Shown one piece after another: positions 20,942-31,144 of a stretch of DNA of 64,000 bases; position 1 is the stretch's first letter, and every line of letters begins with the position of its first letter. Position numbers and translations under genes: made by a program. Source of the DNA: an uncultured virus (IMG/VR IMGVR_UViG_3300044611_000703). Taxonomy: Duplodnaviria > Heunggongvirae > Uroviricota > Caudoviricetes. The stretch covers positions 1-64,000 of the IMG/VR virus record IMGVR_UViG_3300044611_000703. One strand, 5' to 3'. The notes under the pieces are model-generated. The model saw nothing but the letters and a program-made list of their open reading frames with translations. It ran no database searches and was not told the origin of the DNA.

Positions 20942-21946
20942 CTAATCTTTTTCTTCTACTTCTTTCAAGTCAAAATCACCATCTGTTCCGATAATGTTTT
21001 TCCAATATTCAGAATATTCTTTTTTGTACTTCTCAATTGAAGCTTTTTCTTCTGAAGTTTCTTTTCCCGCCAAAAATCCATGAGGGGTTACAATAATCTT
21101 ACCATCCTCATAACCAAGTCCATTGATATGATTTTTCATTACGGAGATTTTAGTTCTTACCGCAAATTTGATAGTTCTCTTATCTTTAGTTGCCGTAATC
21201 TTTGTTGTTCCTGCACCTTTTTCATTTCCAAAACGGAAAACTAATGAAGAGTTCAACCAAATTGCTTCACCACCTTTAGCTTTAATTTTAGGTTGTCCAA
21301 ATGGATTATCCGGAAGTTCAACCCACGGTTGGTTAACAATAACCAAAGTATTCTCATATTTAGAATCCGCTTTACGACTTCCTGATATTCTTTGATTAAT
21401 ACCCATACCTATTTTGTCAGCTAAAGCCGCTGCGTTATGTTGTTTACCTCCTTTACCTTCGTAAGTCATTTTACAAGGAACTGAACCAACAGAATCCCAT
21501 AAAAATAATAAACTATAATCTAATTCACCTTTCTCTTGAGCATCTAATAAAGAGTTAATGTAGTCAGTAATTTGTTCAATATAATCAAAGTTATTATTGA
21601 AGATATAAAACCCATCCCACTCTAATTCACCTGTTTCTTCATCAACCATTTCTTCACATTCAAAACCCATAAGTTTTGCGTGTTCAAATGACCATTTTTG
21701 TTCGGTGATAATGAATACCGGTAATATTTGTTTTTTCTGAGCATCAACCGCACATTTTACTAAAGCAGTCGTCTTACCAGTGTCTGAGTGACCTAAGAAC
21801 ATATTTAAATGCCCTATTGCTGGTCCCGGAATACCAACCGCATCCAAAAAGTCAGGACCTAAGTCAAAAAACCTTTGTGGTTTGTATTTTGCAGATGTAG
21901 AAAATTTATCCTTAATGGACTTAAAATCGTGTTTTTTAATTGCCAT
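20942..21946 (-). CDS. recA: RecA/UvsX-like recombinase
   Basis: Walker A GHSDTGKTT, WDSVG, IVNQ, KGG motifs. Confidence 0.85.
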   Translation of the reverse strand: MAIKKHDFKSIKDKFSTSAKYKPQRFFDLGPDFLDAVGIPGPAIGHLNMFLGHSDTGKTTALVKCAVDAQKKQILPVFIITEQKWSFEHAKLMGFECEEMVDEETGELEWDGFYIFNNNFDYIEQITDYINSLLDAQEKGELDYSLLFLWDSVGSVPCKMTYEGKGGKQHNAAALADKIGMGINQRISGSRKADSKYENTLVIVNQPWVELPDNPFGQPKIKAKGGEAIWLNSSLVFRFGNEKGAGTTKITATKDKRTIKFAVRTKISVMKNHINGLGYEDGKIIVTPHGFLAGKETSEEKASIEKYKKEYSEYWKNIIGTDGDFDLKEVEEKD

Positions 21947-21982
21947 ATATCTAATTAATTTAATTTTTTTAGTTTTTTAGAC

Positions 21983-22029
21983 AACTTGGACACCGAGTAT
22001 GTCTCAGTGTCCAAGTTATATGTCCAAGT
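21983..22029. repeat. Intergenic hairpin with a third copy of the arm
   Basis: AACTTGGACAC (21983-93) / GTGTCCAAGTT (22007-17) plus TGTCCAAGT (22021-29). Confidence 0.8.
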
Positions 22030-22037
22030 GTTTTTGA

Positions 22038-22892
22038 TTAGAATGGCATATCCTCATCCCCTTCGGCATCCGCTTGTGGGTCAATAGGTGCCGATGGTTT
22101 AGAACCACCAAATGAAGTTTCATCTTCGTCTGAATTACCATAATCGTAACCACCTTTATCAGAATTCCATTTTGGAGTTTCACCTCTTGCGATAGCTTCT
22201 AAATACTCAACCGGTTTTTTAGAGTAAACATCTTCCCAAGTTAACTCATCGTTAACCCATCCGTCAGCAGTTGCTTTATCCTCATGAACAGGAGCTGCAT
22301 CGTCATACATAACCGTTTGAATTACTGTGTAAAAAGCACCTTTTGGAGTTTTTGCTTTAGTCAATTCTAAAATGATATCTCTACCTGTTAAAGGGTCTGT
22401 GATATCACCTTTATTTCTCCAAATTGGGATAATTTTGTCTAAAATACCCTCGTTTTTGTAGTTATGTTTAAATCTCCAAAATTTAACACCATCCGCCTCG
22501 TTATCTCTATCAATAACTTTCACAATGTAAAATTTACGTGATAAGTACTGTTTAGCTAACTCTTTGTCAGATTCTTTTCCGGTTGAACGAAGTTCTTCGT
22601 AAACCTCATTTAAAGGTGAACGTTCGTTGTCGTTTTTTCCCGGGTCATAAAATTTTTGGAATTTTCCATCTACTTGAATCTCGTGATACCAAACTTCTTT
22701 AAATGGTGTAGAACCATCTTTAGTTGGTAAGATTCTTAATCTTCGTTGCCCTTGAGTTTCCTTGTCTTGAAGGATTGCCGCGAAGTATTTTTTCATTCTT
22801 TCTTCTTGTGTGAATTTTGAGGTGTTAGAAGAACCACCTTGTTTTGATTGCTCGTATTGAGCCAAAACTGCGTCTAATGAATTTGTCGCCAT
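22038..22892 (-). CDS. ssb: Single-stranded DNA-binding protein (T4 gp32-like)
   Basis: RLRILP...PFKEVWYH, VKVIDRD, DITDPLTGRDI; acidic tail ending DEDMPF; next to the recombinase gene. Confidence 0.8.
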   Translation of the reverse strand: MATNSLDAVLAQYEQSKQGGSSNTSKFTQEERMKKYFAAILQDKETQGQRRLRILPTKDGSTPFKEVWYHEIQVDGKFQKFYDPGKNDNERSPLNEVYEELRSTGKESDKELAKQYLSRKFYIVKVIDRDNEADGVKFWRFKHNYKNEGILDKIIPIWRNKGDITDPLTGRDIILELTKAKTPKGAFYTVIQTVMYDDAAPVHEDKATADGWVNDELTWEDVYSKKPVEYLEAIARGETPKWNSDKGGYDYGNSDEDETSFGGSKPSAPIDPQADAEGDEDMPF

Positions 22893-22921
22893 AGTGTTTA
22901 AAATATTTAAAGGTTTATAAA

Positions 22922-22950
22922 AGTATAAGTGTCAGCCGTGTGTTTGTCAA
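22922..22950 (-). promoter_or_regulatory. Sigma70-type promoter for the ssb-recA-exonuclease-helicase-nrd operon
   Basis: TTGACA (22950-45), 17 bp spacer, TATACT (22927-22), 30 nt upstream of the ssb ATG and just downstream of a terminator. Confidence 0.8.
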
Positions 22951-22960
22951 ATTGTTTTGT

Positions 22961-22984
22961 AAAAAAAACGGTCCGAAGACCGTT
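22961..22984 (-). terminator. Intrinsic terminator with cUUCGg tetraloop
   Basis: AACGGTC-TTCG-GACCGTT followed by a T-run on the minus strand. Confidence 0.85.
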
Positions 22985-22988
22985 AAAA

Positions 22989-23666
22989 TTATCTTACTTG
23001 TCTAAATGGATTTACTTCGTCTTCAAAATTTCTGAAGGTTTTTTTAATCTCATTTGGGGAATAATCTTCAACTTCGTCTTGAGTTAAAATATATTCATTT
23101 TTTCCTGTTTTTTCCATATCCTCCTCTTTATCATCAAAAAATTGACTTAATTTTTGATTGAAAGGTCCTGAATCTAGTGTTCTTAATTCTAATCTTTCTT
23201 GAGGTGTTTTTTCTCTGTATTTTTCAACTTTAGATTCTAAATCATTTAATTTAGTCATAATACCATCCATTTCACCTAATTTAGTTTCTAAATTATCTAA
23301 ATGTTGGAATAGGTTACTAAAGTATTCTTCTTGTTTTTCTTCAACTTTTTTCTGCGATTTTACTAAATCAGTAATATCCATTTCCTCAGTTTTTGATTCT
23401 GATTTTGTATCATCAATTTTTTCTACATCCGGGTCAGTCGCAACATCAACCGGTTGAGGTCCTGCCGGAGCCGGTGGTACTGTCGCAGCATTTGGGTCTG
23501 CCGGTGGAGCCGTTTCAGGGGCTAATCCTGCATCAGGAGCCGGAGCGGCATTTGGGTCAACTTCACCTGGTGGTGGAGGTAACGTAGCATCTTGTTCAAC
23601 AATATATTGATTGATAGAATTATATCTAGCAATTTCTTCTAAAATTTGATTGTCTATTTTTTTCAT
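22989..23666 (-). CDS. Acidic Pro/Ala-rich coiled-coil protein, possibly head-internal or scaffold-like
   Basis: 225 aa; PPPPGEVDPNAAPAP low-complexity region followed by a heptad-like region. Confidence 0.55.
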   Translation of the reverse strand: MKKIDNQILEEIARYNSINQYIVEQDATLPPPPGEVDPNAAPAPDAGLAPETAPPADPNAATVPPAPAGPQPVDVATDPDVEKIDDTKSESKTEEMDITDLVKSQKKVEEKQEEYFSNLFQHLDNLETKLGEMDGIMTKLNDLESKVEKYREKTPQERLELRTLDSGPFNQKLSQFFDDKEEDMEKTGKNEYILTQDEVEDYSPNEIKKTFRNFEDEVNPFRQVR

Positions 23667-23670
23667 GTTA

Positions 23671-23895
23671 TTAACCGTTTAATAGTTGTTTTACACCTGT
23701 TAAAGTTTCAACTTGAATTCTCTTATTTTTGTTTAATGTGTTATCCACTCTTTCAATTAAACCATCTTTCATTCTGATAGTATAACAATCACCTGTGTCT
23801 AAATCACATACTTGTTTAGAACCATCTCCCAAATCTTTTTCGGTACTTCTGGTATTTTTACCTAAATAGTTGTCTAATATTAATTTTGTGTCCAT
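23671..23895 (-). CDS. Small hypothetical protein
   Basis: 74 aa; TATTTAT motif immediately upstream. Confidence 0.6.
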   Translation of the reverse strand: MDTKLILDNYLGKNTRSTEKDLGDGSKQVCDLDTGDCYTIRMKDGLIERVDNTLNKNKRIQVETLTGVKQLLNG

Positions 23896-23938
23896 AATCT
23901 TTTATTTATAAATATCTTTTATTTTGAAAAAACTTAAT

Positions 23939-26900
23939 TTAACATGTTGTCCCGTTTTTTGAACACGGTTTTCCGTCCCAAATAATTTGTGTCCCAGTAT
24001 AAGGTTCACTATAACAATTACAACAAATATCATTTTTAATAGAATCCCACGTACCTACATCAATTATTTGACGATATTTAAAATCCTCATCAGGACAATC
24101 TATTGGTGAAAGAACTCTCGTGAATGCGTAACTAATATTTGGAAAAGCGTTCGCTTTAACTATAAAAGTAATTCTATACGTCTCATCATTTCTAGCCGCC
24201 TCTAAAAGTTCAATAACTTTAGGTGATGAAACAAATGAACCCACATTTTTATTTGTTGTTGGTTTTATTGTAAAACTACAAATTTCAATTTTATCCATAC
24301 CACCCAAAATATATAATTTAGCAGGATAATCTTGGGTTAATAATTCACCTTCATAGTAAAGAACAAAATTACCTGTAAGAAGACCATTACTATACTGAAG
24401 ATTTTGCATACTAGCCGTACTAAACGCTTTAGCATTTTCAAAAATCCCAGCATCCGTATTAGCCTTTGGAGGTGTACTAGGTGGTAAACTACCACTTTGA
24501 TTTCCACTACCAGTTTTAAATAGGTCAATTGATTGTTGAACACTAGTTTCCATCTGACTTACTTGACTCGGATTATCTTGGACCAATTTGTTATATACAT
24601 CAATATTTTTTTGATTTGCTGAGAAATATAATGTATAAAATTTAACAATCTCTTTTGCGGTTATATCAGGTAATAAACTAATTTTACCACTAAATCTTGC
24701 AATTAAAAACTCAACATGCTTAGACAAATCTGAAAAAATTGCGTATGGTACATCAGTTGAACTACAATAAAATTGTTGATTAAAATAAGAGAGACCTGTT
24801 TGACCCCAATTTTGTAATAAATTAACACCTGAATAATTGCTTTCTTTTGTCTCCAATTCAGTTCCATTTGATGACCCTAAATAAATTGTTGCAAACACTA
24901 AATATCTTAATTTTTGGTCAGAGGTTTGAGTAATAATTGTACTAATAGCGTCTTTATATTTAGATTTAGTTGTTGTTGAGTCAACTTTACTATATTTTTC
25001 ATAATTACTTACTGGTTTACATTCTGAAGAATTTTTTGAAGTAGTCGCGTCTTTCTTTGTTGCTTCTTTAACAGCATCATTAGTTTCACTAATAACATTG
25101 TCCCCTTTTGTAGCACTTTCTTTTATCACCTCTTGTTTGTCTTGTTTATTTTTTTCAATAATTGAAGTCAATAAATTAGTTTTTAACGTTTGAATGTAAC
25201 TATCTATTTCAGGTAAGTTTGATACCGCTTGTCTTATTCCTTTGAAAACCGTTTCAAATGTTCCCGGCCCAATACTATGATTCACTTCTTGTATCATATA
25301 AGCACCACTGAACATAGGAACGTGTCTTAAATTGAAGTACATAGTTGGTTGAATCATCGCATTACCCATCATAGAAACAGTACAAGCATAACTTCTATTT
25401 TTATATAAATTATATAATGAAATATTTTGTGTACCAGCAACTTTACCTGAAGATTGTTTAACTAACTCATCAGTTTGTTGTAAAGATTCTGCGGTAGCTT
25501 GTCCCGCACTTTGGTCTATTTGGAATCCATGGAAAATTGATTGACTTTGTGGTCCAACATCAACATTAAACCCAACAACTTTATTTGATTTATCCCAATC
25601 GGTTTTACCGATTTGGTCTTCAATTAATGGATTATCACTTGCTCGTCTTAAATCAAAAGAGTCACCTTTAAATCTTACATTAGCATTGTTTTGAAAATCA
25701 GGTTGTTCACTTGGTTTACCCGCATAAAAACACACCATTTTTGCTGAAGAATTTCTATAATCAACATTTAAAAACGTACCAAACATCGTGTTCGCAAAAT
25801 CAAGAGACCCCTCTGGTTTTGGAACAGGATTTTTAACAGCATCTTGTACATTATAAAAGTTAACATATGAAGGTATGTTCATAACAACAAAATTATTTTC
25901 AACTAAAATTGTTTGAACAAAAGTCAACATACTTGTTTTAGGGTTTATATCTTTTAATCTAAATTTTAATTTATTAACATCAACTAATACTTTATCCCCA
26001 ATGTTTCTGTTCGCTCTATCCATTAATAAAACATCTTCAAAAAGTGTTTTAGTTTTAAAGTCATTACCTGATATCCATTTATCGTTTAACGCTTTAAACG
26101 CCTCCCAATATTCTAATTTTGTTTGAGGACCTTCTAATGCCGTCGCAAGTGCAGTATCTGGTGTACTACCAACATCCGGTAATTGTTTTTGTAATTTAGG
26201 CATTAATTTATTAATAATAATACTTTGGAATTTATCCGTACTTGCAATATAATCATTCATTAAATTAACAAACTTATTATAATTCAGAGTATCATCATTT
26301 AATTTTTGAGTCGCATAAATTTTAATAATAGGTGCGAATGTTTTTATATTTTCAACACTAAAATCTATATTACAATCAACAAAAAAATCTGTAATGTATG
26401 AACCATCATTTGTATATTGTAATTGAGGTATCTCCGAAAAACCAACATATAATTGTAACGCTCTCCATTCATTTGGGTAATTTGTAATTGATTGTGATAA
26501 TGTTACCGTACCCCCTGATGTTGGTAATGGAATTGGTGTTTGGAACGAATATTTACTCCAAGTATATGGGTCAGCAATTAACGCATTTGAAAAAGTATAA
26601 AATAATCTTTTATCAAAGTTTGCCGGATTACCATATTTGAACACAACGTCATAATTTAAAAATGACTGTAAAATATTAGTTAAAACGTTCAACTGCGAAT
26701 CCGAAACCGCAGAAACTAATTCTGTATTAATGTTTGTCCCCCCCACTTTTGGAATCCTCATCAAACTTCTCATTAACATTTGAAAGTTTTTAAACGATTT
26801 AGTTGTTTCGCTATCACTATTTGAAATAAACTCATCATCAAAATCATATATTGATTTTGAAAAATTTAAAAATTCTGTTTCAAAACTATCTAAAACCTCT

Positions 26901-29900
26901 GTTTCAAATACTGAGAATATTTCACTTATTTCAGTGTATTGGTCTTGTTTACCGTTAATTGAGAAATTCTCTTGTTTGGTATCACCTGTAATGTTGAATA
27001 CTTGTTTTAAGTATTTTATTGGTGTTGGTTTAACAACTTTATCTATATCAAAATACCCATAGTTAGGTGCTGACCAAAACATTCTAACCGAACCATTATA
27101 CATTGCGGTATTACCGGTAATCTCATATTTTAGTTGATTAGTTTCTTCAGTAATACATTCATTACTTGTTTGATTTATTAACGCACCTTGAGATGGGACA
27201 ATAAATGAAGAAGTTTGGTCCAATGTTGTAATATAAACTGACCAAGGAATAACTCTTAAATCTCTTTTTGGATTATTTGGGTCAAACCCTTCAGGCATAT
27301 TAATAATTGCTTCAGGTACGTAATTTAATGTAACCCCTGAAGTAAATCCATTTTGAATATCTGTATCGGTGTAACCTGAATATATTTGGAAACCTTGATA
27401 AAATACATTAAAGTCATTAATTAATAATGGGTAAAAACCTGTATTAATTAATGAAGATGTTTCAACACCTAATGTTGTGTTTTTTTCTAACACAATATCC
27501 ATCTGAGCCCCATTAATTATTAAATTATAATTTTTACTTGGTGAATTGGTTACCGGGTCATAATTATGAACATAACTAAAACCTGACCATGACGTGTCTA
27601 AAATATCTTTACCTGTTTCAACAAAATTTTTATATCTATTCCAAACAGAACCAATTTTTAATATCCAAGCATATGGTAACTTATGAACCGCACCAAATTT
27701 CTTAAGTGTTGCAAAAATATAATCTAAATCAGTTGCCGAATTAGACGAATAAGTTTTATATTTTTCTCTAAGTGTAGATAAAGGCAAACTATTTAAAAAC
27801 AAATATGCTGAAGCAACAAATGGATATTCATCGTTATTTCTAAAATTTTTAACACCTTGTTGGATTGAATTAACAAAATATGGTGTGTTAAACATTGAAA
27901 CGGTTTGATTACTCGTAACTAACCCTGAATAGTCATTATATCTTAAATTACCTTCTGTTGGTAATTGTTTATCAAAACTTCTATTTTCATAAAATAATTT
28001 TAAATCAAAGAAATAAATTGGTGATTTAATTTCATTAAATAAAAAATTAGTAAACGGTCTTCTATCATTATTATTAGTTATATCTAAAAAATTAGATATA
28101 ATTTTTTTATTAGTATTATACGTTAATACTTTTGTTGTGTTATATGATGATTTGATATCCGAAATCGAATTCCCATTTGCCAATTCATTTTTAACCCAAG
28201 GAAAATTTGTAAATGGGTATGTATCAGTTAAATTAAAAATATTACTTGAGGTTGAATTTGAGATAAAATTAACAACATTATTTTCACCCGGTAGGGAAAC
28301 TAATGGTTGGGATTTATTTTCGTTCAACAAGTTTTGACTTAAAAATTCATAACTAGAATTATTAACTTTATTTTTAATGTAAGAAGTATTAAAAATACCT
28401 CTTATAAAATTTTGCCAACTTTCACCCGTACCGTCATTAGATATGTGTCTCATTAATACCTCAAAATTACCCGCATTAATCCCAAACTCTTTTAATTTTT
28501 TAATAATAAAAGGGTTATCGTTAGATAAACTTTGAATAATATTAATACTTTCCGCCTCAGCAATAACATCCGTAACTTTATCTTGGTCTTGGGTATTACC
28601 ATTACTTCTTAATAAACCTGAATAATTTGATGTTAAAAATATTCTTTCAAATATTTCATAAAAATATTTTATTTCTTCCTTATTGTCATAAACAGCATTA
28701 CTAATTGGAAATTCAATAGCGTCCAATGATACTCGTTGAATATCCGTTAAGGGATTTTCAGTTGTTAACGGGTCTGCAGGTGGTTTTACCGTTTGAGTTG
28801 TTGCCCTAATAAATTCTTCCACAAATTCTACTTCAGGCCATAAATCTGTTTGATACGCCTTCGTTTGATTTATTACGTTTTTATCACCAGGATAAGTTAA
28901 TTCAAACATTTCACGCCCATCCTTACCTGATGTTGCAACTAACATTTGTGGCCACGGGTATATTGGTAATGTTTCATTATCTCCTGAAGATACGTTATCC
29001 ACACAAGCAGTTGCAGTTTCAGGATTTAAAATAGAATTCCTTCTAGCTTTAATTTGTGTGTCATTTAAATTCCAAGCTTGAACGTGAACATCGTCCATCA
29101 ATCTTAAAAACGCCTCTCCATTTGCAAAAATAACCGCAAGTACATTTCGGATATTTGGAACAAACCCAATACCATTATCTTTCTTTTGTAATAAATTAGT
29201 TAAAGCTTCTGTTAAAGCTTCTTGAATATTTTCTTTAGCTTTTTTTACATTAGTACCCATTTGATTGATTAAATCTTCAAATCGACCAACCCCTTCAAAT
29301 ATATAATATTGAAATTTTTTTTCTTCCGAACCTTTTTTATTTACTATTACTAAAGAATTAAAAACCCCTTGTTCCGCCAATTCATTATCAAATTGTTTAA
29401 GTTGTTCAGCATTTGGTGTTGTTGATAATTTTTTTCGTTGTCGATATGTTTCTAAAACATTTACATCCCCATATTTTGGTTCAACAGGAAAAATATCTGT
29501 TGTAATTTTAAATGTTGATTTTGAACTAGTATTTGTTTTACCATCAATTGTGTATTTACCATCCACACCACAAACAGGATTCTCATCCATTTTTTCTTTT
29601 GCCTTACTAATAATACCTTGTAGTTCACTTAATGCCGCAGTTCGTTTTGTTTGAGTGTCTATTTCACGTTTAAATGTATAAACTTTACTACCCTCAGTAA
29701 GACCATTAACCCCTTTCATAACCAAATAATTCTCAGTATCCATATATTTGGAAAACCAAGAAGTTCCCGCCCCAACATAAACATCTTTATCCAAATTACC
29801 TAATAATCGTTGATACTCCTCAACGTAAGTTAATGGGTCTAAATTTTGTTGAGAAAAAGATGTTAGAATGTTTTTAATAAAATTTTCAATTCTATCTCTC

Positions 29901-30826
29901 ATTTGAACAACGGTTATTTCCGGAAAATCATCAGGTATCATTCCTTTTGATTTATATTCACTATATAACTCTCTAACTTTTTGATAACCTCTTGATACTA
30001 TTGAGTCCTGAACATTTGAAAAGTTGGTAGCCCCACCTTTAGTAGTTTGTATATTAACTCTAGATTGGTACATATGTGGAACAGCCGTCAACGCCGCCAT
30101 AGGTACTTCACTCAATAATGTATATTTGTATGTGTAAAAATGTAGTTTGATTTTAAAATTACCATTAGACGTATCATATCTTGATGAAAACGTTTGTAAC
30201 ATTAATTGTAATTTAACAGCCTTACCATAAAATCCTTTTATAGTTAATTGGAACATTGGATAAGGTAAATTAAAAAATGCCGCATATGGTGAATTATCAC
30301 CCGCCTCAAACATCGCTCTACCTTTAACATCTTCTAATTCAATGGTGATTGAAGGTAAAAAATCTAAACCTTGTCTAATATTAATAGAAGTAATACCTAA
30401 TAAACCATTATCAACAGATGCTTGTTTACCACCCGAATTAATTGTTTGTCTAATATAAAAATCACTACTCTTATTTGGATTTGAAATAGAGGTTAGTTTT
30501 GGCTGATTCACACCATTACCGGTAATCGTATCTTTACCTGTTATTTCATCAGTATATGAATTGTCTAAAAATGTTTTATCACCCGGTTTTAAAAAATTAA
30601 TACTGGCAATTGAAACTGTTTGTACTTGGTCGTTATTTGCAACACCAAGGGCTAATTTAGTACGTGGTAATACTTTACACTCTAAATTAGCGTACATCAC
30701 TAAATTTTCTTGTTTAACATATCTTTCTTGTACTTTTCCGTCACTATCTATGACTTTATTTGGGTCAATGATTGATATGTTATTATAATCAAACTCAACT
30801 AATATATTTTCCGATTTATCTACCAT
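23939..30826 (-). CDS. Very large baseplate hub protein (gp27/gpD-like halves separated by a large insertion)
   Basis: N-terminal GITSINIR...ITIELEDVKG; C-terminal CTVSMMGNAMIQP...FSGAYMIQEVNHSI..GTFETVFKGIR, typical of hub/late-control-D proteins; 2295 aa. Confidence 0.7.
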   Translation of the reverse strand: MVDKSENILVEFDYNNISIIDPNKVIDSDGKVQERYVKQENLVMYANLECKVLPRTKLALGVANNDQVQTVSIASINFLKPGDKTFLDNSYTDEITGKDTITGNGVNQPKLTSISNPNKSSDFYIRQTINSGGKQASVDNGLLGITSINIRQGLDFLPSITIELEDVKGRAMFEAGDNSPYAAFFNLPYPMFQLTIKGFYGKAVKLQLMLQTFSSRYDTSNGNFKIKLHFYTYKYTLLSEVPMAALTAVPHMYQSRVNIQTTKGGATNFSNVQDSIVSRGYQKVRELYSEYKSKGMIPDDFPEITVVQMRDRIENFIKNILTSFSQQNLDPLTYVEEYQRLLGNLDKDVYVGAGTSWFSKYMDTENYLVMKGVNGLTEGSKVYTFKREIDTQTKRTAALSELQGIISKAKEKMDENPVCGVDGKYTIDGKTNTSSKSTFKITTDIFPVEPKYGDVNVLETYRQRKKLSTTPNAEQLKQFDNELAEQGVFNSLVIVNKKGSEEKKFQYYIFEGVGRFEDLINQMGTNVKKAKENIQEALTEALTNLLQKKDNGIGFVPNIRNVLAVIFANGEAFLRLMDDVHVQAWNLNDTQIKARRNSILNPETATACVDNVSSGDNETLPIYPWPQMLVATSGKDGREMFELTYPGDKNVINQTKAYQTDLWPEVEFVEEFIRATTQTVKPPADPLTTENPLTDIQRVSLDAIEFPISNAVYDNKEEIKYFYEIFERIFLTSNYSGLLRSNGNTQDQDKVTDVIAEAESINIIQSLSNDNPFIIKKLKEFGINAGNFEVLMRHISNDGTGESWQNFIRGIFNTSYIKNKVNNSSYEFLSQNLLNENKSQPLVSLPGENNVVNFISNSTSSNIFNLTDTYPFTNFPWVKNELANGNSISDIKSSYNTTKVLTYNTNKKIISNFLDITNNNDRRPFTNFLFNEIKSPIYFFDLKLFYENRSFDKQLPTEGNLRYNDYSGLVTSNQTVSMFNTPYFVNSIQQGVKNFRNNDEYPFVASAYLFLNSLPLSTLREKYKTYSSNSATDLDYIFATLKKFGAVHKLPYAWILKIGSVWNRYKNFVETGKDILDTSWSGFSYVHNYDPVTNSPSKNYNLIINGAQMDIVLEKNTTLGVETSSLINTGFYPLLINDFNVFYQGFQIYSGYTDTDIQNGFTSGVTLNYVPEAIINMPEGFDPNNPKRDLRVIPWSVYITTLDQTSSFIVPSQGALINQTSNECITEETNQLKYEITGNTAMYNGSVRMFWSAPNYGYFDIDKVVKPTPIKYLKQVFNITGDTKQENFSINGKQDQYTEISEIFSVFETEVLDSFETEFLNFSKSIYDFDDEFISNSDSETTKSFKNFQMLMRSLMRIPKVGGTNINTELVSAVSDSQLNVLTNILQSFLNYDVVFKYGNPANFDKRLFYTFSNALIADPYTWSKYSFQTPIPLPTSGGTVTLSQSITNYPNEWRALQLYVGFSEIPQLQYTNDGSYITDFFVDCNIDFSVENIKTFAPIIKIYATQKLNDDTLNYNKFVNLMNDYIASTDKFQSIIINKLMPKLQKQLPDVGSTPDTALATALEGPQTKLEYWEAFKALNDKWISGNDFKTKTLFEDVLLMDRANRNIGDKVLVDVNKLKFRLKDINPKTSMLTFVQTILVENNFVVMNIPSYVNFYNVQDAVKNPVPKPEGSLDFANTMFGTFLNVDYRNSSAKMVCFYAGKPSEQPDFQNNANVRFKGDSFDLRRASDNPLIEDQIGKTDWDKSNKVVGFNVDVGPQSQSIFHGFQIDQSAGQATAESLQQTDELVKQSSGKVAGTQNISLYNLYKNRSYACTVSMMGNAMIQPTMYFNLRHVPMFSGAYMIQEVNHSIGPGTFETVFKGIRQAVSNLPEIDSYIQTLKTNLLTSIIEKNKQDKQEVIKESATKGDNVISETNDAVKEATKKDATTSKNSSECKPVSNYEKYSKVDSTTTKSKYKDAISTIITQTSDQKLRYLVFATIYLGSSNGTELETKESNYSGVNLLQNWGQTGLSYFNQQFYCSSTDVPYAIFSDLSKHVEFLIARFSGKISLLPDITAKEIVKFYTLYFSANQKNIDVYNKLVQDNPSQVSQMETSVQQSIDLFKTGSGNQSGSLPPSTPPKANTDAGIFENAKAFSTASMQNLQYSNGLLTGNFVLYYEGELLTQDYPAKLYILGGMDKIEICSFTIKPTTNKNVGSFVSSPKVIELLEAARNDETYRITFIVKANAFPNISYAFTRVLSPIDCPDEDFKYRQIIDVGTWDSIKNDICCNCYSEPYTGTQIIWDGKPCSKNGTTC

Positions 30827-31142
30827 AATAAAAGAAGTAATTTTCTAGGTCATTGTTGTAATCCTGTAATGAAGCAATTAAAGGATAAGGGATTGTCAAG
30901 ATTGCCCCATCAGGGATATTCCACTCTTGACCTGCGTATATTGGATTTGCTTGTAATATTAACCAACCAAAAAAAGGTGTCCCATAATATTGTTGTGAAA
31001 CTTTGTCTAATCTAGATTGAGCAACTTTAAAAATATATCTTTTATCTGTGGATTTACTTGGCAGAGTAACATATGGAACAACTGTTTGTCGTCCATTAAC
31101 AATAAAATTATTGTATCTATTATAATAATCTTTAGTACCCAT
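30816..31142 (-). CDS. LysM-like baseplate protein (gp53/gpX-like)
   Basis: RLDKVSQQYYG...WLILQANP...IPDGAILTIP. Confidence 0.75.
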   Translation of the reverse strand: MGTKDYYNRYNNFIVNGRQTVVPYVTLPSKSTDKRYIFKVAQSRLDKVSQQYYGTPFFGWLILQANPIYAGQEWNIPDGAILTIPYPLIASLQDYNNDLENYFFYYGR

Positions 31143-31144
31143 AA

